A stretch of 64,000 nt of DNA. It comes from a phage. The translations under genes were made by a program, and so were the position numbers. Each line of letters begins with the position of its first letter. Position 1 is the stretch's first letter. The notes under the pieces are model-generated. The model did not search any database, was not told the origin of the DNA, and saw nothing but the letters and a program-made list of their open reading frames with translations. The DNA lies in the sequence record PZ540767.1. One strand, given 5' to 3'. Positions 17,440-27,500 of this stretch are shown here, piece after piece.

Positions 17440-18516
17440 ATGGCTATTAGACTGCAACAAATTGCTGCACCTAACTTTGCTGGTTCTAACCAATTACTGC
17501 TGGCAGCAAACCAGCAGATTGGTAATGCTCTCCAGGGGCTACAAGGCACCCTGGGGCAGTATCGTGATGAAGTAGTACGCCGTAATACAGCTCAGGCTGT
17601 AGGACTGCTTACTGGGGCTACAGATGCTAATGATCTGGCCCAGCGTCAACAGCAAGTAGCACAGTTGGTTCAGCAAGGGGATATTGACCCCACTCGTGTA
17701 TCTGAAGTGGCAGCAACCATGCCAGATACTTTGTTAGGACGTCAGACTAATCAGCTAAAGCTGAACCAGATTCAGACTGCACAGCATGATGCACCATTAA
17801 TGGGTGCTTATATGCAAGCTGTTATGTCTGGGGATCAGAATGCAGCTAAAGGTATTTTGTCGCAATTCCAGGGGGATGCTTCAGATGCTCTGAAGTTTGC
17901 CTCTGATTGGGATATCAAAAACCAGCAGTTGAATCTTCAACGGTCTGAACTGGCACAGCGTCAAGCTCAGTTTGCTGCAACTCAGGCAGCAGCTAAGGCA
18001 AGAGCCGGGCAGAGTAATGCACTGCTTAAAGCCTTACCTGGTTTGCTTAACACAGGTAATGATATTCAGGGGAAGGCTGAAGCCAGGGATTTACAGGCTA
18101 ATGCTCAGGATGCTCAACAACGTGTTGCTATGGATCCTATAAACAACCCTAAGCTTAATGTTGCTGGGTGGGCTGATGCTAACAGTGATGTTTGGTTTAG
18201 GGGCTGGGGAAGACAGGCAGACTCTGACAGAATTTTTAATGCTCTGAAGGATCAACCAGCTTTTAAAGCACTTAATCCTCAACAGCAGATAAATATCCTA
18301 GACGGTGCCCTTGCTAATGAAAACTCCCGCGAAGATAAGGGAAATGTTTCTACTGTAAATGCTGCTACTAAGTATCTGACTGATGCAACGAAGCGCTTAA
18401 ATACCCTGAAGATTACTTCACGGCAAGCAGAGGATGCAAAAGATCAGCAATCTGTTATGCAAGAGCAAAGGGATCGTTTAAATAAGCTGCTTCTGCCCTT
18501 ACTTTTCCAACAGTAA
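17440..18516 (+). CDS. virion protein (Gln/Ala-rich)
   Basis: 358 aa; immediately upstream of the giant polymerase gene. Confidence 0.5.
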   Translation: MAIRLQQIAAPNFAGSNQLLLAANQQIGNALQGLQGTLGQYRDEVVRRNTAQAVGLLTGATDANDLAQRQQQVAQLVQQGDIDPTRVSEVAATMPDTLLGRQTNQLKLNQIQTAQHDAPLMGAYMQAVMSGDQNAAKGILSQFQGDASDALKFASDWDIKNQQLNLQRSELAQRQAQFAATQAAAKARAGQSNALLKALPGLLNTGNDIQGKAEARDLQANAQDAQQRVAMDPINNPKLNVAGWADANSDVWFRGWGRQADSDRIFNALKDQPAFKALNPQQQINILDGALANENSREDKGNVSTVNAATKYLTDATKRLNTLKITSRQAEDAKDQQSVMQEQRDRLNKLLLPLLFQQ

Positions 18517-18560
18517 TGAGGTTACAATCTGGGTACTCCACAATACTAAGGAATACTCAG

Positions 18561-21500
18561 ATGGCTGGTAACTCATCTCCTCTGGACAAGTTTCTTGTCC
18601 CACAACAGGTAACAGGTCAGGAAGCTGCTCAGGCACTTCCTGCACCTACCCAACCAACTATCGCCCAGCGTGTGAATGATGCTTCTACTCGTATCCTGAA
18701 TAACCTCACAGGACAGGGTATGTATCCTACAGAAGAAGGCGAGATTGCTCGACTCAAACGAATTAATAACGAACAGTCGGCATATGCTAAAGAAGTAGCT
18801 GCAAAAGATTCAGATTACGGTTGGTCTTCTACCAACTTCTTAGATCCTGAAACGTCTTCATTGACTGATCGTACAGCTTCTACCTTTGTTAACTATGGCA
18901 AAGCTCTTACTGATGCTGTTAATGGTCTTGCAGGCAAAACAGATAAGACTTTCAAAACACTGGGTAATGTGCTGGATCAGGCTTCTATTCCTAACGATGC
19001 ACTGGATGCTTATCGTCGTGTGCAAGCTGGTAAAGGCACCGAAGCTGATAATGCCCTGTTAGATCGTCAGGGTGCCTGGTGGACACAGCCTATTGAAGTA
19101 AATCAATATGGTGTACCAGAGATGGGTAACCAGACTCTTCGTCAACGTCTGGATGCTATCAACGAACGTCAGAAAACCCAAAACCAGAGTAGCTATGACA
19201 ATCTTGAGAAACTAGCTAACCCTGTTCAAATGCAGCAAGCTGCTGCTGATATTGAGAAATCAATTGAAGGTAAATCAGGACTTGATAAATTTGCTGCTGG
19301 TTTAGCTGCTATTGCTCGTAACCCTGGTGCTGCTGGTCAGACTATGGTGGAGTCTGCTCCATACATGGTTGGTGGTATCCCGGGTATGCTTGCTTCCTCT
19401 GCTATGCAGGGTGGCTCAGTATTGTCTCAGTATCTGGATACCCAACGTAAAGCTTCTGATGGTCAGATCCCTACAGCTAAAGATGTAGCTATCGGTACTG
19501 GTTTGGGTGTTGTTGATGGTGCTCTGAACTTTGCAGAAAGTATCATTAACCGTACTGCTATGCTTCCAGGATCTAAAGTATTACCTGCCGGAGTTGCTGA
19601 TCGTCTGGTGAACGCAGCACAGCGCATCGCACCACGCAGCTCTACGGCTGCTGCTGCTCTTGCGCGTGTGACTGCTCCTACCCTTGACCTTGCTAAGAAT
19701 GCCTTAACTGAAGGTCTGGTATCTGGTGCTCAAAACCAGATTGAGGAGAACTATGCGAAGGGTAAAAATGAATGGGATACCAAAGGTAATGATGTTGCTT
19801 TCTTCCAGGGGATTGCTGCTGCTACTGGTTTTGGTGCTCCTCGTGCTGCACTTAGTACTGCTGGTGAAGTAGCTAATACTGCTGCTCAGGCTATGCAGAA
19901 ACGTACTGAAGCACAAGATCCTGTAGGCCAAGCTGCTCGTAATACCACCCCAGAAGACTTAATGAATCCACAGTCAGAAGGATATAACCCAGCTGCTGCA
20001 ATTCGTCGTGCTGGTATGGAGTGGACTCGTAACACTGATGCTACTACTGATGAACAAAAGGCTGAGATTCAATCTCAGGCTCAGTCAGCTATGGATGCTG
20101 CACAGAATGATCACCAGAATAACCTGGATATGATTAACCAGAGGGCTACTGCTGAACGTACTCTTGCTGACGCTGGTAAGTTTATTCCTGCTATTCAGGA
20201 GAGACTGGATCAACTTAGTAATGATCCTAATGCAGATCCTGATGCTGTTAATCAGTTACAAACCATTCTGGCTCAACAGACTGAAGCTCGTGATGCTGCA
20301 CAGCAACAACTGGATGCTATGCCTTCTCAGGAGGAACTGGCACAGTCTGCTACCCGTTCTGCTGAAGTACTGGATCAGGCTAAGTCTGAGTTTGGTAAGT
20401 TCTCGTCAGCTACTGGTATGAATACCAATACAGCTAAACCAGAGAACCCAACAGCTTCTGACATTATCAGCCACCCAATGTCTTATACCAATGAAGACCT
20501 GCAAGAGTTTGTGCGTAATGCTCCTGCTAATGCTACCCCTGCTGAATTGGGTACGCTTCGTGCATTAGCTGATGCCAAAGTTGCAGAGAATGCTGTTAAG
20601 ACTGGTTCTAAGGTTAATAGTGAGATCTTCAAATCCACTTCTAATAACCTGTCACTGGGTGATTACCAACAGGGTATTAACACTGCTGTACAAGCTGGTG
20701 ATACTAACCGTATCCAATCCCTGATGACTGGTATCAACAACTTTGAAACTTCCCATACTGCTAAAGCAGATATTGCTCAACAGTACCTTAATGAAGCTAA
20801 ACAGAATGGTAAGTCTTACCAGATCCTGAAAACTTCTAATGGCTGGGAGTTAAATACTGGCAAACGTCTGGATGCTAAAGCACAGGCTAAGAATGGTGGC
20901 TTTACTATCCACAAAGGCTCTACTGGTCTGGTTAACAATATTGTTAATGAGGCCAAAGCTATTACAGCCACTCGTCAGTATATGGAAGGCATTGCTACCC
21001 CATCTACTAACCAGAATGTGACTGGCTCGACTGAGCAAGTAGCAAGCCCGGAGGCGCAGCCCGAGGGTGCAGCTACTGTAGCAGGAGAGACAGGAGCACA
21101 AGAACAACAAGCACAACCAACAATCAGCCCACTGACCACACGAGATATTCGTGCAATGGATCAGGCAACGCTGGAAAAGGTTATGGCTACTACTCAGCAG
21201 GCTATGTCTTCTGACACTAATCCTGTACTGGCTCGTAACCTGGATGCACTTGACCGTGAGTGGACTCGCCGTGCTGATGTGGCTACTAACCAGAATCGTG
21301 GTGTTGATGCTCCTCACCGTAAACTGGATGACTCCTTTAAGCCTAAAGCTCAGGAGAATGAGATCCAGCGTTCACAGGCTGAGACTACTACTCAAACTGA
21401 GCACACCCAGGCTGACATTGACAATGAGTCTACTGGTTCAGAATCTCAACAAACTGCCCCAGTTAACGTAGATGATGTTGTTACCAACACTGATACTTTG

Positions 21501-24500
21501 ACTGAGACTCAACAAGATAATGTAGCTCATGGTGCTCTGAGTATCTTTGGTAAAGTTGGTGAGTCCCTGAAAGCTCTGCGTGAGAAAGCTTTGGCTGAAC
21601 CTAAAGGCTTACAGAACCTTGTGCTTACTGGTTTCAACCAGCGAGTTCGTCCAGGTTTTGGTAGCCCACTGGTAGCAGTGAAAGACTTTATCAATACTCT
21701 GAAAACTGCTGTGGATACTGGTAGCTTCACTGAAGTTAACCGTTTCCTGAAACAGCATATCAGTGAGTCGAAAGCTGAAGGTGCTAAACAGAAAGCTCTG
21801 CTGAAACAGTTTGTGGAATTCCATGATCACATCACAGCTAACCTGGATAACATCATCCGTACTAAAGCCCCTGAGTATCGTTATCAGGACTTTGCTCAGT
21901 TTATCTTGGATGAGAATGGTAACTTTGACTCCAATACTAAAACTGGTATTGCAGCAGGTATCTTCTCCTGGCTTGGTGAGAATGGGGATAAGATGTTCCT
22001 GAACCAGAGTGAAGTAGCTAAAACTCTGCGTATCAAAGAAGATCAGTTAACTCCACAAGCCATGTCTCGTATGGCTGATATTGGCTATCGCCAAGACTTG
22101 ATCATGTCCCAACTTGGTCAACGTATTTATCAGGCTATGGGCTTTGCTAAACGTGCTGACGTTGATCCTAACCGTGCCAGCAAATTGCAGAATGCTCTGG
22201 GTGCTTATGCTCTCCATGCCATGTATTCCAATGGCTATATGGAACAGTCTTTAATGACTGCTAAAGAGTACTTCGATCTGCAAACCATGGGTCTGGATGA
22301 ACAATCAGCTAAAGAAGCTGCACAAGCTTTCCAGAATGACTTTGGTGTTTCCCCTAACGATGCCAAGCACAAGATTGTGTTTAGCCGTCCTGCACGTAAC
22401 TTTGATGCAGAAGGTAAACCAGTAGCTATTGAAGCTATCTCTGACATTAAGAATGGAATGAAAGATACCCGTTCTCTCATGTCTAAGCTGTTCGGTTATG
22501 ATCCTGCTGTACGTGAGGTTCTGACCACTAAGCCTGCTGGTTTCAAACAGAAAGTCTTCGGTAAAATGAATCGTGAAGTTCCTTCTGTTTTGGCTGCTCG
22601 TATCAGCAAAGCAATGCAATATGACTACACCATTGATCAGGGTGTAGTGAATGCTATGCGTACTATGTCCACTGTAGATAATGCTGCTCTGCAACATATC
22701 TTTGGTGTACGTACTGATGCTGATGTGCCCAATGAAATGGAGATCTTCAAGAAAGGACGTGAAGCCAAGAATGCTGATATCCAACGTTCTATGGAAATGG
22801 GTTTAGACTTTGCTAACCGTAGGGGTACTAACCCATTCTGGATGCCTATGGAAGTCTGGACTAACCAACGTATTGGTGATCTGGCTTCAGAGTTCAACCC
22901 ACAGGGTTCCAAAGTACACCGTGCTATGGGTGGCTTGAGTGCTCACCAGGTAGAGATTTCTGTAGCCCGTAATGCTCCTGTGCTGGACGCAGATGGTAAG
23001 CCTACTCAGTATGGCCTGTTCCTTGTATCCCTGGCTCAGGGTATGGAAGAAGCTCCTGTAATTGGTGCTGATGGTAAGAAACTGAAGTCTGTTGATAAGC
23101 AGACCTATGCTACCTTCTTACCTGCTTTCCAGAATTACCTGCGTAAACCAGAGAACATTAAGGCTGTACGTGCTATGCAGAAAGTGATCGCTGGTTCAGC
23201 TACTACTGCTGATACCAACGTCATTAAGAATGCTGTGGCTGAGTATGGTATGAATGGTCAGTCTTTTGCTGCCCTGCATAACCTGGCTCAGTATGCTACT
23301 GCTCTGGAATCTGGTAAGTCTTCTGTTAAGCTGCTGGCTCAAATGGAATCGGACGGTGTTACTAACGGCCCTATCCTGACTAACATCCTGAATGGCTCTG
23401 CTGACTTCGATCTACTGAAGCGTGGTGGTATTTATCGTGAAGGTGACAATATTACCAACATGCCTACTTATCGTGAGTTGGGTGGTCAGGATTACTACGA
23501 GCTGCTGGGTGATGCTATGCGTCAGCATTGGGCTGATTACAAAACCAATGCACCTGCTAGTCAGCAAGGTCAGATTCAGGCTCTGGAATATTTCTCTACT
23601 GGTTATGGTGCTCGTTCTAAGGCCAAGACTCTGGCTACCCCATTCAACTACTCTGCTGGTATTCCAGCACTGAAAGCTGCTATGGGCCGAGCTACTGTAG
23701 AGGATGTTTACTCTAAGATTGGTTCCCTGATCCCACTGGCTAAAAGCAATAACAAAGCAGACTTTGCCAAGGCTTATGCTGAGGTGAGTAAAAACCTTTC
23801 TGTACTCCTGGGTCAGAAAGTAAATCTGCCACGTACTGCTGATGGTCTGGTTAAGTTCAGCCTTAACCCGGCTCAAACTAAACGCATCATTGATGTGGAT
23901 TCTCAGACTCGCGGTGTTGCTACAGAGACTGCTGTTAATGAGGTTGCTGCTGACTTCATTGCATCTCGTGATGCTAATACCAGTCTGGTTAACACAACCT
24001 TTACCCTGGCTAACCTTCGCTACAATGCTGCTAAAGCTGCACTGCTGAAGAAGCGTATTGCTGAGGGTAAAATCCCTGTGGATGCTAAAGGTGCTCCATT
24101 GGAAGGACTCACTCAGGCAGATCTGGATAAGCTATCCCGCATGATTCCTAACATGCCTTCTGCAACTGGTGTTCTGTCTGAGAATACCAAAGCTTCTGGT
24201 TACCCAATGGCTAAGGTGGAGAAAGCTTTTACTGCTAAGTCTCCTGCCACCAGCATTGATATCTACTTCAAAGAAGCTGCTAACCCTAAACCAGCAATGG
24301 ATGCTAATGGGATGCTGCTGAGTCAAGGTCTGGTAGGTGGATACAAATCTACCCAGTCTACTGTGACTGAGACTAAGCTGACTAACCCTGGTGTTGCTAT
24401 GGGTGCTAACGTTACTCAGGGTACTGATGCTGCAATCAGCTCTGATGTAATCAGCAAGATCGAAAGCCAGAACGTGCATGATGCTAACATCCTGTCTCCT

Positions 24501-27500
24501 GACAATGTGCTGAAAGGTGCTCGTATCCAGAACAAAGCTATGTTTGATGCTGTGGTTTCTTATCATCCTCAACATCTGGCTGCTTCTGCACTGCTGACTG
24601 AAGTTCGTAGTCTGGCTGGTGCTAACCTGTCTACCAACGACAAGGTTGCAGCGAAGAAAGCTCTGGAAGCCATGAAGACTAAGATCCTGGGTAAAGACTT
24701 CAAGGGCAACATGAAAGCTGCTCTGAACACTATCCTTAACCAGGCATATGATCGTGACATTAAGAAACTGGAGACTCTCTCTGAAGTCTATGCTGTTAAC
24801 CAGTATGGTACTGAGGGGGGTGAATACCTGATCACTGATACTGATCGTAAGAAAATTGGTGATGAGATTGCACGTCTGAAACGTAGTCGTGCTGCTGGCT
24901 TACAACGTATCTCTGCTATGTTCTCTAAGGGTAATGCCCCAAAGGCTGAGGCCAACCAGTATCCTGATAAGATGAGACAATACCTGTATGAGGCTTCGGC
25001 CTCTACAGGCTCTGTGTCAGCTTCTGAGGTGATGGCTCGTACCAAAGGTAAGTTTGCTAACCCAGTATATAACGAACTCCACAATCTCATTTCTGGTTTG
25101 ATTCCAGCTGATGCTGTGGTGAACGTACTGGATGGGCAGACTATGCCTAAGAATGTTAAGGGGCAGTCACTGCCCCAGAACCGTGATGCCATTGCATGGT
25201 CTTATCAAGATAAAAACACTGCACAGGTTAACCTGTCACTCAGCAAAGAGGCTTCACCTGAAGTCTTGCTGCATGAACTGACTCACATTGCTCTGGGACG
25301 TGCAATTGCTACTGCTGATTCAAATCCAAAAGTAAAAGCTGTACTGGCCCGTACAGAGAAGCTAATGGGTAGAGTGACCAAGCTGGTTTCAGCTGATCCT
25401 CAATTGACTCAGAAGTTTGCCCCTGCTTTGGCTAACGTGGATGAATTTATCTCCTGGGGTATGACTAACCCAGAATTCCAACGTTACCTTGATACCATCA
25501 CTGGTGTGCCTGAAATCTCAGGTCGTAACCGTGGATGGTTGGGTACTGCCTTTAAACAGTTTGTGGATCAAATGTCAGGCATCTTTGCTGCTGTAACTGG
25601 TCGAGCTATTAATGCTCGGGTTACTACTGCTCTGGAAGCTCTGACCTTCGATACTGCACATCTGGTTCAGGCTATTAATCCTACTGCTATTGAGAGTCCT
25701 GTATCTTCTATCAGCCACCCTATGAGCAACACTAACAGTGCTGCTGATCAGGTAGCTAAGTTTAGCCATGTGGATATCTTTGATAACCTGGCTTCAACAG
25801 GTGGCAAGACTAACTCAGCACAGTTCACAGGTAACCTCCGTAATGTAATATCCACTGTGGCGGATCAGCTTTACGGTGCTTTAGGCTCCAGAGTCACCCA
25901 GAATGCCAATGAGAATTATACTCCTGGTCAAGTCTGGAATGAGGCTGTAGCCACTGGGAAAGCCCCTGTCAGCACCGAAGCACTGAGCAATGGGTTTGTA
26001 CTGACTAATCAGGAAGCCTTTGCTGTGGAGGCCATTGAGGCTGCTGTATCTGAATCTCTGGCTTCTGGTTTCACTTCACCAGTTAACCGGGAGATTCGTC
26101 GTACTTGGCAAGCTGCTAAACAATCCCTGAAACCAGAAGACTTCCATAATGGAAACTGGAATCAGGCAACTCAAGCAGAAAAACGAGCTGCTCAACAGAA
26201 ATGGAATTATCTGTTTGATGTAACGAATGACTCTGGTGAGTCCCAGCATCTGTCTCGTTTCGTTGCTATGGCTATTGGGCATGAAGACACCAGTAACTTA
26301 CTTGGCTTCCAGATGGAAGATGGTAAGGACTCTGGTAATACTGCCTTTGAACAGGCTACTGCTTACTTTAACCAGGCTGTTAATACAGTCTCTGGCATGT
26401 TGACCAATACCCATCAAGGACAAGCTGCAAATGCTCGTGCTCAAGCACTAGCTGAAAAGCTGATCCAGATTGAACTTAAGAACCGTGATACCACCATGAA
26501 TATTCTTACTGGTGGGATCGACAAAGTAGAGAATGCCTTAGATACGGCTGCTGCTAAGTCTAAACAGTTCCTGGGTAAAATCGTTAAAGCTACTGGTATT
26601 GATCAGTCCTCCAACAATGCTCTGAATGCTATGGGCAAAGTTGCAGGATTGGCTGCTCGTGATCAGCTGGGTAGCCTGAAAGAAACTATTAAAGAGTTCC
26701 GGGACTTTAATGCCCCTAGTACTCCAGAAGGTTCTCTGGCTTCCATTCTGACTGAAGCAACGAATGCTGATGATGTTCGTGCTCTGCATGAATCTCTGTT
26801 ACGTTCTACTAAACGTATTGAACAGGATCGTGCAACCTTAGCTGCTGTTACTGCTAAGAACTTAAATGAGATGTTTGATAACAATGGTCAAGACCTGACT
26901 AAAGAAGATCGTACAGCAATGACTTACTCACTGCTTCGTACTGATCTTCAGTCTGTGTTGCACATTGAAGGTATGAACCTGAATAACTTACATAAACTGG
27001 TTTCTAATACTGGTTATCGTAAGCAGCAGATCAATAACCTTGAGAAAACCATTAGCCAGTATGCTAACGGTAATGATAAGATCATTCGTGCCAAGGCTCT
27101 GGGATTCTGGATGGCTACTGGCAGAAATACCCTGGGACGTGATTTAGTTCTGAATGCAAAAGCTATTGCTACCGGAGCTGCTACTCACTATTCCACAGTA
27201 GGTATCGAACCGACTCTTGATGAAGTGAACGCCATTGATGCTCTGGCTTCAATGTACGCTCTAAGCTACACCAAGACCGAAAACCGTGTTCGCACTGCTG
27301 CTGTAATGGAACGTGAGCTTGCACGAGGTAAAGACAATGGCATTAAAATGCTGATGGCTACTTATGCGAACCTGATTGAGGATTCTGCTAATACGCTGTT
27401 TGCTGGTAACCAGTTGTCTCGCATTAAAGGCTATTTGCCTGAAGATACCAATCCTCATCATGACTTACGTGCGGTTGAGTCGGGGAGTGCAGATGAAGCA

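Noticed and set aside
18516-18560. Polymerase start at the first in-frame ATG (18516)
   Set aside because: That ATG overlaps the upstream stop and lacks an RBS, whereas the ATG at 18561 has an AAGGA motif at proper spacing; 18516 remains a possible alternative.
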